Positions 37,238-46,594 of a DNA stretch of 64,000 nucleotides are shown here, one piece after another. The translations under genes were made by a program, and so were the position numbers. The stretch covers positions 48,075-112,074 of the forward strand of contig JAHLMP010000002.1 of the NCBI GenBank assembly GCA_018920315.1, given 5' to 3'. The DNA comes from Candidatus Aenigmatarchaeota archaeon. GTDB lineage: Archaea > Aenigmatarchaeota > Aenigmatarchaeia > GW2011-AR5 > JAHLMP01. The notes below the pieces were generated by a model. It did no database searches. It was not told the DNA's origin and was given only the letters and a program-made list of their open reading frames with translations. How positions within the stretch are numbered: position 1 is the first letter of the stretch; every line of letters begins with the position of its first letter.

Positions 37238-38617
37238 ATGAAATTCGAAAATGAAGCAAAGAAGATAAAAAGCAAAAGGTTTATTAAAATAGTAAAGGCA
37301 AAGATTCCTTGGCTCTCTCATGTAATAGATGAAAATTTGGCAGGGGATTTGAATATAGAAAAAAAGGAAAAAAGTAATTTAATAAAGATAAAAATTCCTA
37401 AAGGAAGTAGATGCATATACTGTCGTGGTGCTAAACTACTTTGTGGTAAGAGTAATTGCCCTGTAATACAAAGAGCATACTCATTTTCAAAAATAGAAAA
37501 AAAGCTTAGTAATGAGATAGAGGGTTGCTCTCCACCCTCAATATTTGTTGGGAGAATTGGTTATCCAATAGTTTATGCGGGTCCTGCTGTACCTCCTGTA
37601 ATAGGAGATACAAGCATATACGATACCCCAGAGTTATGGCTTGGAAAAGATATTCATGAATTATTAAATTTTAGATTTAGTTTGATAAGAGGAAAAACAT
37701 TAGTTAATGTTAAAAGTTTTGAAACTTCCAAATTCATAGAAAAAACGCAAGAGCTTGCACTTGCAAAAAATCCTGTAGAAGCAGAGATGATTTTAAAATC
37801 AAAGCCTAGTGCAAGCTTTATAATAGATAGCGAGGTCCAGCCATTTGGTCCTGGAGGTGTTTTAAAAGATTTTAGAATAGGCGGAATAAGCTCAGAACAA
37901 AAGATAGAAAGGATGTTTTATGATGAAGATTTGAAGGCAGAGGATGCAATTATAGATCTTTATAAAAATCGTTTAGAGATTTCTAAGATTCAAAAAGCAT
38001 TTAGCATTGGAATGTTTGGATTAAAGTCTCAGCGCAGATTAGTACCAACAAGATGGAGCATCACTGCTGTAGATTCAATTATATCTAAAAATCTTATAGA
38101 AGAGATAAAACAATACCCTTGGATCAACGAATATAGAATTTATGAGTTCATCCATCTAGATAGAAAATTTGTTGTTTTTCTACTTCCAGATGCATGGAGC
38201 TACGAACTTATAGAAGCGTGGTATCCAAGAACTACTTGGAACCCAAATTCTAATTTCATAGCAATATGTAGTGATGGTGAAAGCTACTTTGGAAGAAGTG
38301 AATATCCAAGCATAGGTGGTTGCTATTTTGCAGCTCGTTTAGCTGTGGCTGAAGCATTGAAAAATGAAAAAAGACAAGGAAGGGTAATAGTAATTAGTGA
38401 AGCTTATCCTGGACATATCATGCCTGTTGGCGTATGGGAAGTAAGAGAAAGTGTTCGTGAAGCGTTAAAAAATTCTCCACAAGTTTTTAACTCTTTGGAA
38501 GAATCTTTGAGATATCTCTCTTTAATACTCAAAACAAAACTTTCTCAGCTTTTGGAAACAAGTGAGAATTTAAGATACTACATAAAGCAAGAAAAGCTAA
38601 CAAAATATTTGAAATAA
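37238..38617 (+). CDS. Nre-family (DUF650/DUF651) putative DNA-repair protein
   Basis: N-terminal Zn-ribbon CIYCRGAKLLCGKSNCPV; GRIGYPIVYAGP; RLVPTRWSITAVD, by recollection of the family. Confidence 0.45.
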   Translation: MKFENEAKKIKSKRFIKIVKAKIPWLSHVIDENLAGDLNIEKKEKSNLIKIKIPKGSRCIYCRGAKLLCGKSNCPVIQRAYSFSKIEKKLSNEIEGCSPPSIFVGRIGYPIVYAGPAVPPVIGDTSIYDTPELWLGKDIHELLNFRFSLIRGKTLVNVKSFETSKFIEKTQELALAKNPVEAEMILKSKPSASFIIDSEVQPFGPGGVLKDFRIGGISSEQKIERMFYDEDLKAEDAIIDLYKNRLEISKIQKAFSIGMFGLKSQRRLVPTRWSITAVDSIISKNLIEEIKQYPWINEYRIYEFIHLDRKFVVFLLPDAWSYELIEAWYPRTTWNPNSNFIAICSDGESYFGRSEYPSIGGCYFAARLAVAEALKNEKRQGRVIVISEAYPGHIMPVGVWEVRESVREALKNSPQVFNSLEESLRYLSLILKTKLSQLLETSENLRYYIKQEKLTKYLK

Positions 38618-38665
38618 AAAATATTTGGCATAGAATTAAAAATTCTAAGATTAGTGCTCATAAAA

Positions 38666-39496
38666 TTATGATATTAAAATTCCTGCATATGTTACAAAAG
38701 AGGAATTCTTAGAAATCTCATAAGAGCTTGCATAACTTATTAACTTTCCTTCTTTTGCACCCAGCTCTTTTAAAACAAATAATAGTAAAGTAATTGGAAT
38801 AAAGCCGCAGATTGTTAAATCATTATCTATAACAAAATTGTAGAATCTTTCTGGTTGAATTTTAAGAATAAGATCAATAGCTTTCATATCCATTTCTTTT
38901 ACTTTCTCTAATTTTTCTTGAGTGCTACCTTCAAAAGGATCAAAACCATACATTGGCCCATAATGAGTAAAATCACTAGAAGCTATATAGAAAAATCTTT
39001 TATCTATTATTTCGTTTGCAAGCTTTTTTATATCTTTTAGAGAAAGCATAGAAAGGCAAATAGGTAGTATGCTAAAATCTTTGAATAGATATTGCAAAAA
39101 AGGTAATTGAACTTCTAAAGAGTGCTCATACTTATGTGCAAGCTCATCTATCTTTATCATATTGCTTTCACTTGCCTTTTCAAATTTTAGAGTTTCTACT
39201 TCTCCCAATGGAGTTAGCCATTTCTCTTGGCTTAAAGAAATTTTAGAGCCTAATCCAGTATGATTTGGACAAAATATTGCGAATATATTCTTATTTGTTT
39301 TTATTGCAGAATATGTAGCACCAGCAACCTTCCCAGAATAGATATATCCTGCATGCGGAACTATTGCAGCTATTGCATCGTATTTTTTTGCATCTTTGCT
39401 TACAAGCTTTTCGAGCATCTTTTTTAACTCTTCTTTTTCTCCTGGATAAAATCCTATTGCTGCAGGACTTCTCATAAAATTTATGAGAAATTTCAA
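38666..39496 (-). CDS. MEMO1-family protein (AmmeMemoRadiSam system protein B-like)
   Basis: IVPHAGYIYSGKVAGATY His-rich dioxygenase-like motif; 276 aa. Confidence 0.65.
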   Translation of the reverse strand: MKFLINFMRSPAAIGFYPGEKEELKKMLEKLVSKDAKKYDAIAAIVPHAGYIYSGKVAGATYSAIKTNKNIFAIFCPNHTGLGSKISLSQEKWLTPLGEVETLKFEKASESNMIKIDELAHKYEHSLEVQLPFLQYLFKDFSILPICLSMLSLKDIKKLANEIIDKRFFYIASSDFTHYGPMYGFDPFEGSTQEKLEKVKEMDMKAIDLILKIQPERFYNFVIDNDLTICGFIPITLLLFVLKELGAKEGKLISYASSYEISKNSSFVTYAGILIS

Positions 39497-39499
39497 AAA

Positions 39500-40444
39500 T
39501 TAAAACTTAGAAAATTTATGAGCTAAAAGTAATGGCTCTGGATATCCGTGAATAGAGAATTTTTTAATAACCTTTAAACTACTTTTTAGGTCTATATTGC
39601 TGCCAATCGAAACATATAGCAACTTTTCATTTAATTTAATAACCTTTCCTCTTAACTCATTTTTAATAAATATATTATTTCCTCTAATTCTTCCGAGAAG
39701 CAATTTTTTAGCTACGCCTATAGTAGCGATTCCGGTTTTTATTCCTATAATTGTCGCGATTCCCATCTTTCTTGGATGCAAAATTCCATTTCCATCTATT
39801 AATAGAACTTGCGGTAAAACTTTTACATTTTTTAAAACCTTTAAGATAATAGGACCTTCCCTATAATAAAAATATGTAGGAATGTATGGAAAATTTACCT
39901 TTGCTTTTATGATTTTCTTTTCTAAAACTTCGAGATTTTTATTCATAGAAATATAGCAAGCTTTCGCTACATTATTTTTGTATGCAACATCTATACCTGC
40001 AACTATTTCATAAGATTTTAGCTTTCTTTTCTTTATGTATTTGATAAGCTTCTTTTCTATTTCTCTTATTCTTTTCAAAGGATAAAATGTTTTAAAATCT
40101 TTGAAAATATAATCTTCTAAATTTTCTATCTTATCATTTTTTATTGGAATGCCATCTTTTTTCAATCTTCTTATCTTTTCTTCCTTTCCAAGAATATAGT
40201 TTCCCACTTCTCCATTAGAATGCACAACCTTGTAGCAAGGATACTTATTTACATATTTATTATTGCTCAAAATCTCTCCTACAGCTCTTGTTGCTATTTC
40301 ATCACCCAAAGCCAATGCCAAATCTTTGTATGTTGTAACCTTCCCTTTTGGTATTTGCCTTAGAAGATTTAAAACATATCTTCTTAAGTCAAAACCTTTT
40401 TCAAGAAATTCATAACCTTCTTTAAAATTTTCTGGAATTTTCAT
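39500..40444 (-). CDS. nfi: bifunctional O6-alkylguanine-DNA alkyltransferase (N-terminal) / endonuclease V (C-terminal) fusion
   Basis: N-terminus has TYKDLALALG...YPCYKVVHSNGEVGNY (MGMT wHTH plus Cys). C-terminus has AGIDVAYK, LLIDGNGILHPRKMGIATIIGI and IGVAKKLL (EndoV). Confidence 0.75.
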   Translation of the reverse strand: MKIPENFKEGYEFLEKGFDLRRYVLNLLRQIPKGKVTTYKDLALALGDEIATRAVGEILSNNKYVNKYPCYKVVHSNGEVGNYILGKEEKIRRLKKDGIPIKNDKIENLEDYIFKDFKTFYPLKRIREIEKKLIKYIKKRKLKSYEIVAGIDVAYKNNVAKACYISMNKNLEVLEKKIIKAKVNFPYIPTYFYYREGPIILKVLKNVKVLPQVLLIDGNGILHPRKMGIATIIGIKTGIATIGVAKKLLLGRIRGNNIFIKNELRGKVIKLNEKLLYVSIGSNIDLKSSLKVIKKFSIHGYPEPLLLAHKFSKF

Positions 40445-40510
40445 TATCTTTCACTAATGATTGCCAACTTTTAGCTATTCGAGCACTAATAATTAAAATC
40501 TCCAAGCTCT

Positions 40511-41242
40511 TCAAATCTCCATAATCTTGACATCTTTAGCGTCTTTTATTTTTCTTTTTAGATTAACAATTGCAATTCTTCTAGGAATAGGATAATATTT
40601 AGAAGTAAAGATTGTAATGCATCTATTGTCATAAGCTATTAAAGGAGCAGTTGGTTGATGTGCTCTTATCAATAATTTCATTCCTAAATTTTTCATTATA
40701 CTTTCAAAATATTCTTTGCTATATTTCGGCCTTCCTGAGCAAAGCACTATATTTTTTTCTTCATTCTCGAATTCAAAGTCTCCCCATGTTATTGCTCTCC
40801 AATTATCATCTCCAACTACAATCTTTTCTATTTCAGAAATTCTATTTACTTTAGGAAGGGCTCCATGTAAAGCAATTATTTTATTTTTTGTTATAGCAAC
40901 TAAAGGAAGTTTCATAAGCAAAGATGAATAATATTTATACTCTTTATCACTTAGAGATGCCCAAAAGTTGTTTGGAAATAGCTTAATAACTCCATAACCT
41001 TCATGATTTCCCATTAAAAGAAAAATATCATTTGGGTGCTTTTCCTTCATTTCTAACAAATAATCTATATTCTCTTTTGAAAATTCACCACGATCTACAT
41101 AATCTCCAAGAAATACTATTTTAGTTTTATCATCAAGAAAATTTTCGATAACTTTTTTAGAAGCTTCTACATCTCCATGAGTATCTCCTACAAAAACTAC
41201 GCGATTGCCATCTTCTATTTTTACAATCTTGCTTTCTTTCAT
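40511..41242 (-). CDS. calcineurin-like metallophosphoesterase (PPP-family Ser/Thr phosphatase / ApaH-like)
   Basis: GDTHGD, GDYVDRG and GNHE motifs. Confidence 0.7.
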   Translation of the reverse strand: MKESKIVKIEDGNRVVFVGDTHGDVEASKKVIENFLDDKTKIVFLGDYVDRGEFSKENIDYLLEMKEKHPNDIFLLMGNHEGYGVIKLFPNNFWASLSDKEYKYYSSLLMKLPLVAITKNKIIALHGALPKVNRISEIEKIVVGDDNWRAITWGDFEFENEEKNIVLCSGRPKYSKEYFESIMKNLGMKLLIRAHQPTAPLIAYDNRCITIFTSKYYPIPRRIAIVNLKRKIKDAKDVKIMEI

Positions 41243-41334
41243 AAAGATTCGCGTTATTTTTAATAAGATTCAAGTTATTTTAATTAGAGATTCGCGCTAT
41301 TTTTACAATACTATTTCTCCTACTATAAAATTTA

Positions 41335-42201
41335 TTATTCCATTAACCCTTGAATAAAATTATGTATGCATTCTCCTAATTTTAATGTATAACCTCCTTC
41401 TAAAACAGCAAATACAGGCATATTAAATTTAGCAATTAATCTACCTATTTCAAAGTAAGTCTTTTCATTTAACCCAAGGGAAGCTATATCACCCTTAAAC
41501 GCATCAGCTCCGAAAGAAACAGCAATTATTTCAAAATTGTTTTTTCTTGCCATTTTTTCAATTTTGTTTAATGCATTTTCCAAGGTTTTCAAATAAACTT
41601 TTTCTCCACAATCAGCTTCTAATGGATAATTGAAACAATTCTTTTCAGAAGTTAATCCAGTTCCTGGATAAATACCCTTTCGATGCAAAGAAATAAAGAT
41701 TACGTTTTCATCTCCAAAAAATATTTCTTGAGTTCCATTACCATGATGACCATCTATATCTATAATTATTGTCTTTTTATCGATAGCCCTAATAGCTATT
41801 GCAATATTATTTAGATAGCAAAATCCCAATGTTGGAGCGTTCAAAGCAATACCTTTAACTCCTACATGATGCCCCGGAGGTCGCATTAAAGAAAATCCTA
41901 ATGTCCTTGCTGCAATTATAGCTGAGCCCGCGGATAAAGAAGCATAGTAGTAAATATTTTCATGGCCAGGAGTATCTACATCTTTAACTTCATTCTTCTT
42001 TAACTCATCTATATAATCTTTAGAGTGTGCATTTAAGATCCAATGTTCATTTGCTTCAATTGGCTCTATAAATTTATATCCCAAATCTCTCAAAAATTCA
42101 TAAGATTTTTCAACTCTTAATCTACTTTCTATGTGAAAAGGATATTGATACTCCAAGCATCTTTTTGAAAATATGATTTTTCCAGAAAATATTTTTGACA
42201 T
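41335..42201 (-). CDS. histone deacetylase-family (HDAC/AcuC/acetylpolyamine amidohydrolase) protein
   Basis: DIDGHHGNGTQEIF and SFGADAFKGD motifs. Confidence 0.7.
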   Translation of the reverse strand: MSKIFSGKIIFSKRCLEYQYPFHIESRLRVEKSYEFLRDLGYKFIEPIEANEHWILNAHSKDYIDELKKNEVKDVDTPGHENIYYYASLSAGSAIIAARTLGFSLMRPPGHHVGVKGIALNAPTLGFCYLNNIAIAIRAIDKKTIIIDIDGHHGNGTQEIFFGDENVIFISLHRKGIYPGTGLTSEKNCFNYPLEADCGEKVYLKTLENALNKIEKMARKNNFEIIAVSFGADAFKGDIASLGLNEKTYFEIGRLIAKFNMPVFAVLEGGYTLKLGECIHNFIQGLME

Positions 42202-42242
42202 AGATTATCGCCAAAACTATACATCTAAAAACTAGATAAATT

Positions 42243-43160
42243 TTAAATTATAGATATCCCGATAAAAACATACAATATGTAAATCAAAATCATTATCAAA
42301 CCTTCTAATCTCTCTAATTTATTATCTAAAGCAAAAATAACAAAAGAAAGATAAGAAATAATAGAGATGAAAATCAATAATATCTCTTTTGTTGTAAGTA
42401 AGAATTTTGAAAATAAAAGAGAAAACCCGAATATCAAGTTTACATTAACAAAACAAGAGCCGAATATATTACCAAGTAGTATATCGTATTCATTTCTTTT
42501 AGAGCTTGCAATACTTACGCTTAGTTCTGGAAGAGTTGTAAGAAGAGATAAAATTAAAGCTGAGAAAATTGTTTTAGAAAAGCCTATTATTTCAGATAGA
42601 TTTTTTATTGATAAAACGATTATTTCTGCAGAAGCTAGAAGGATTAAAATACTAAATAAAAGTTTTACTAAAATTTCTAATTCCTGTTTTCTATTTTTTA
42701 TGCGCTTTCTAGATTTTTTAGTTGGGGATAGGAGATTTTTAGATAGAGAAAAAAATATTATAAGGCAAAGAAAGCCAAGAGTTGCATCAAAAGTGAAAAA
42801 TAATCCATAAAGAAAAGGTATTGTAGCAAAGATTATCATCTCAAAGAATCTTATCTTATTTTTAATCTTTATTCCAAAGATTGCAGCGCTTATTCCAATA
42901 AGCAAAAGTACATTTGTAATATTAGCTCCTAATAAATTTCCAATTATTATTTCACTTTCTTTTAAGGGAATGCTAGCAATAGCAACAAAAAGCTCAGGAA
43001 GAGAAGTAAGCGTTGATATTATTATAGCGCCTATTGCAGTTTTTGAAATCCCGCTTAATTGAGAATATTTTGAGGCAAAGATTACGCAATAATCACTAGA
43101 TTTAATAAGCAATGGAGCTCCAATCAAAAACAACGTCAAATATATTAAAACATCTAGCAT
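42243..43160 (-). CDS. CaCA-family cation/Ca2+ antiporter
   Basis: Two alpha-repeats: GNLLGANITNVLLLIG and GNIFGSCFVNVNLIFG. Confidence 0.7.
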   Translation of the reverse strand: MLDVLIYLTLFLIGAPLLIKSSDYCVIFASKYSQLSGISKTAIGAIIISTLTSLPELFVAIASIPLKESEIIIGNLLGANITNVLLLIGISAAIFGIKIKNKIRFFEMIIFATIPFLYGLFFTFDATLGFLCLIIFFSLSKNLLSPTKKSRKRIKNRKQELEILVKLLFSILILLASAEIIVLSIKNLSEIIGFSKTIFSALILSLLTTLPELSVSIASSKRNEYDILLGNIFGSCFVNVNLIFGFSLLFSKFLLTTKEILLIFISIISYLSFVIFALDNKLERLEGLIMILIYILYVFIGISII

Positions 43161-43350
43161 GTATAATTTTTAATTCTCTTGCGAATTTATATTTTTGAAG
43201 AATTAACTACTTGTAGAAAAAATTTTATAACATAGAAAATTTTACAGAATTAACCTACTTTTTAATGATTTTTAAATTCTTAGATTTAATTTAAATCTAA
43301 AATTACAAAGTAAAAACTTTAATAGAATAAACTTTAATTTAGTAGATCTT

Positions 43351-44712
43351 ATGACAGAGAAGGAAAATAACTCTATTAAAGATGAGAATATTAAAGATGA
43401 AAATAAAAAAACAAATGATAGCATTAAAAAAGAGAAAGAAAATAAAGAAGAGATGAGCAAAAAAATCAAAAGTATTACAGAGAAAGAGATAAAGATAAAT
43501 GTAGAGCCATTATATAATTTTTTAAAGAAGCGTTGGGTGGCTATAGCTCTTATTATAATTTTCTCTCTATCTTTCTATATCAGAATATTTGGATTTAATT
43601 ATAATTATCTTAGAAACATCGATTCTTATTGGCATTATAGATACATGAAAATGATTGTAGATAATAATGGAAAGTTGCCAGAATATGATATTTTAATGGA
43701 GGCGCCGGAGTACAGAAAGATAGAGACTATGCACTTTTATCATTATCTTGGTGCTTATTCTTACATGCTTTTTAAAATATTTTTCCCAGAAGTAGAGCTC
43801 TGGAGATTTTTAGTATACTTTCCAGCATTTTTAGCAAGCTTAGCAGTAATTCCTTGTTATTTTATTGGAAAATTATTGCATGACAAAAAGGCAGGAATAT
43901 TCCTATCATTCCTTTTAGTTTTTAATTCTGCAATCATTTCTAGATCTTTGGGAGGAGACCCTGACTCTGATGCAATAGTTTTACTTCTTCCACTTATTAT
44001 TCTTGCTTTTTTCTTCGAATCAATACATGAGATTAAAGAAAATAAAATTAAGAAGGGAATTTTATTTTCTATCCTTACAGGATTCTTCTTAGCAATTCTT
44101 GCCTATACATGGGTTACTTGGCATGCATTTTATTTTATAAGTGGAGTGATTGCTATAGAATTTATTTTAGAGCTCTTACACAAGAATAGAAAGATTGCAA
44201 ATGATTTTATAATTTCATATATTGCTTGCATCGCTATCTTTTTTATTTTAACAATTCCAATTATAGGCATCGATTTTATAGGAATAATATTGGGCGGCCC
44301 TTTTGAAGCTCTAAAGTTAAAAGCAGAAGAGGGAGACTTTCCTAATGTTTATGTCTCAGTAGCTGAGATGATGGAAGGAGGAAATGTAAAGAATGTGGGT
44401 AGAAATCTTGGAGTTTATCTCGCAGATGGAGATTCTGTGATAAGCAAAGGATTAGGTACTATATATACTCTTCTATACTTTTGTGCAATAATTTTCTCGA
44501 TTTCATACATTTCGATAAGCTATATAAAGAAAAGAAAGCACTTAGAAGCTTTGTTATTCCTTTTGCTTTGGGGAGGCGGTTTTTTGTTCGCAAGCATCTA
44601 TGCTATAAGATTCTCAATATTTTTAGCACTACCTTTTTCGTTTGCTCTTTCAGTATTTTTGTCAAAGATTTGGAGAATGATATTAAAAGAAGATAAAGGT
44701 CTGTTGGATTAA
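43351..44712 (+). CDS. aglB: oligosaccharyltransferase AglB/STT3, N-terminal transmembrane portion (split gene, part 1)
   Basis: Lys/Glu-rich lead, then polytopic TM with an EL1-like DSYWHYRY motif and Asp-rich loops (GGDPDSDA, LADGDSV). Confidence 0.5.
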   Translation: MTEKENNSIKDENIKDENKKTNDSIKKEKENKEEMSKKIKSITEKEIKINVEPLYNFLKKRWVAIALIIIFSLSFYIRIFGFNYNYLRNIDSYWHYRYMKMIVDNNGKLPEYDILMEAPEYRKIETMHFYHYLGAYSYMLFKIFFPEVELWRFLVYFPAFLASLAVIPCYFIGKLLHDKKAGIFLSFLLVFNSAIISRSLGGDPDSDAIVLLLPLIILAFFFESIHEIKENKIKKGILFSILTGFFLAILAYTWVTWHAFYFISGVIAIEFILELLHKNRKIANDFIISYIACIAIFFILTIPIIGIDFIGIILGGPFEALKLKAEEGDFPNVYVSVAEMMEGGNVKNVGRNLGVYLADGDSVISKGLGTIYTLLYFCAIIFSISYISISYIKKRKHLEALLFLLLWGGGFLFASIYAIRFSIFLALPFSFALSVFLSKIWRMILKEDKGLLD

Positions 44713-44736
44713 AATAAGTGATAAATTTAGAATTAA

Positions 44737-45735
44737 GTGATAAAGATGTCAGAAAATAAAAATTCATTAATAGAGAATAAGGAAAAAATAGCAATGTTTT
44801 TTGGTTTAGTAATAACCATATTAATTCTTTATCCTTTTCTCCAAAGAAGTTATTATATTTCTAAATATTCTGGGACTGTGCTTACAGATAACTGGTGGAA
44901 TGCGTTAAATTGGATAAGAGAAAATACCCCAGAATGCGCTGTTATAGCAACTTATTGGGATCCAGGACATTTTATTACTGGAATTGCTGAAAGGCCTGTT
45001 GTTTTTGATGGAGCATCTCAAAATAGTTTGAGAACTATTACGCTTGAAGGAAATATAAGTAGAGAAGAGATAGAGAAGATTGTTGGAATAAGCAACTTTA
45101 GAATAAGAAGATTTGAAAAAGATGGCAAGTATTATGTTAATGTAACTACAGCGAGAATTCAGGACATTGCTACCACGCTTTTAACTTCAGATGAAGAGCA
45201 AGCGATAAAGATTTTGAAAAGATATTTAATACCTAATTGCAACAATACAATGTATTACATAGCTTCAGAAGATTTGCTTTGGAAATCTCAATGGTGGACA
45301 TACTTTTCTACATGGGATCCAAAGACAAAAAAAGGAACAAAATACTTTTATATACCTGCGCAATATGCAGGAAAAAAGAGCTTAGGAAATTCAACATATT
45401 ATTTATATCCAATCTCTAGGATAGAGGTATTTGTCATTGAAGAAGGAGAAGAAGAGATGGATGCATTCTTACAAGCGCAGAACGAAAAGAAGACTATAAG
45501 AAAATTTATTTATTTTAAAGACAATTTAATAAAAGAAAAGAGCTACGAAAACTATGAAATAGATGGCACGCTCTTCTTATCTCCTGACAAAAGTATTGTG
45601 ATTTTTATGAACAAAGAGTTAGAGAATTCATTATTTACTAGAATGTTTTTATTAAATGGTGCTGGTTTAAAAAGATTTGAATTTATTAGAAACTTTGGAG
45701 GCGAGGTTAAAATATTTAAGGTAATTTTTGATTAA
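44737..45735 (+). CDS. aglB: oligosaccharyltransferase AglB/STT3, last TM helix + C-terminal soluble domain (split gene, part 2)
   Basis: One TM helix, then ATYWDPGHFITG (variant WWDYG motif). Same reading frame as part 1, separated by 24 nt containing 5 stop codons. Confidence 0.5.
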   Translation: MIKMSENKNSLIENKEKIAMFFGLVITILILYPFLQRSYYISKYSGTVLTDNWWNALNWIRENTPECAVIATYWDPGHFITGIAERPVVFDGASQNSLRTITLEGNISREEIEKIVGISNFRIRRFEKDGKYYVNVTTARIQDIATTLLTSDEEQAIKILKRYLIPNCNNTMYYIASEDLLWKSQWWTYFSTWDPKTKKGTKYFYIPAQYAGKKSLGNSTYYLYPISRIEVFVIEEGEEEMDAFLQAQNEKKTIRKFIYFKDNLIKEKSYENYEIDGTLFLSPDKSIVIFMNKELENSLFTRMFLLNGAGLKRFEFIRNFGGEVKIFKVIFD

Positions 45736-45760
45736 CTTTTCATTTCTCAAAAGGAATGAT

Positions 45761-46543
45761 TTATTTTTCAATCATATAATTAAGCGCTTCTACTATATGG
45801 TCAACTTCTACAATATTTATACCTAATTCTTTCGATATATCTACTTCTATTGGCTTTGTTTTTACCTCGCAATATGTTATTGTTGCTATTCTTCTACAGC
45901 TTCTTTCAGTTTCATACTTAATTATTTTACTCTGTCCTTTGGGTACAAGCATCGTTTTTATCCCTTTCTCTTTTGCGGCAATACCTTTTTCCAAAATTCC
46001 TCCGACTTGGAGAATTGCTCCATCTGTATTTATAGCTCCGGTAATTGTTACATCTTTTCTTATTGTTTTATTTTCCAAAGCAGCTATAGTTGCTATCGCT
46101 AGAGCTGCTCCTGCTGAAGAGCCTTCTACTATTGTAGCATTTGCATCTATGGAATATATTAAGTCAACATTATCTAAGCTCATGTTAAAATACCTTTCGG
46201 CAACTCTCTTAGCAATTCTTATGCTATACTGAGTGTCGCTCCAAAATATTATATTTTCTATATCTACCATTATTTTCCCACTTCCAATTCTTGGCTCTAC
46301 AATAATTTTTGTTATTGCGCCATTACCTTCTCCTGTAACGCTTGGTACAAAAATTTCAGTTTTTGAAAAATTAGAAGAAGTATGAAGTATTTTATTTTCG
46401 TATATTTCATTATTAAAATTCGATACTATGTTTCTATCCTCAAAAATATAAAATGAAGTAAAATAAATTAGGGCGATGAGTATAAGGGTGGTTATAATTA
46501 GAAAAATGTAAATAGCGAGTCCATGTTTTTTCAATTTTCTCAT
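45761..46543 (-). CDS. membrane-anchored Lon-protease C-terminal (S16) proteolytic domain protein without ATPase domain
   Basis: N-terminal TM; VEGSSAGAALAIATIAALENKTIRKDVTITGAIN (Ser) and a downstream KGQ/Lys dyad region. Confidence 0.55.
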   Translation of the reverse strand: MRKLKKHGLAIYIFLIITTLILIALIYFTSFYIFEDRNIVSNFNNEIYENKILHTSSNFSKTEIFVPSVTGEGNGAITKIIVEPRIGSGKIMVDIENIIFWSDTQYSIRIAKRVAERYFNMSLDNVDLIYSIDANATIVEGSSAGAALAIATIAALENKTIRKDVTITGAINTDGAILQVGGILEKGIAAKEKGIKTMLVPKGQSKIIKYETERSCRRIATITYCEVKTKPIEVDISKELGINIVEVDHIVEALNYMIEK

Positions 46544-46594
46544 AAAAATAAAATCCTTTACTTAGAGGATTTAAATTTTTTTCTATAGGAAATT

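Noticed and set aside
36018-38617. Possibility that the methyltransferase (36018-37208) and the divergent 459-aa gene (37238-38617) form a type II restriction-modification pair
   Set aside because: The 459-aa protein shows the Zn-ribbon and RLVPTRWSITAVD pattern I associate with Nre-family repair proteins. It shows no PD-(D/E)xK or HNH motif. The methyltransferase is therefore treated as an orphan.
43276-43297. Perfect 10+10 palindrome ttagatttaatttaaatctaa upstream of aglB
   Set aside because: It is composed only of A/T in an extremely AT-rich spacer, so chance occurrence is plausible. It has no other supporting feature, unlike the 20-2-20 palindrome at 6238.
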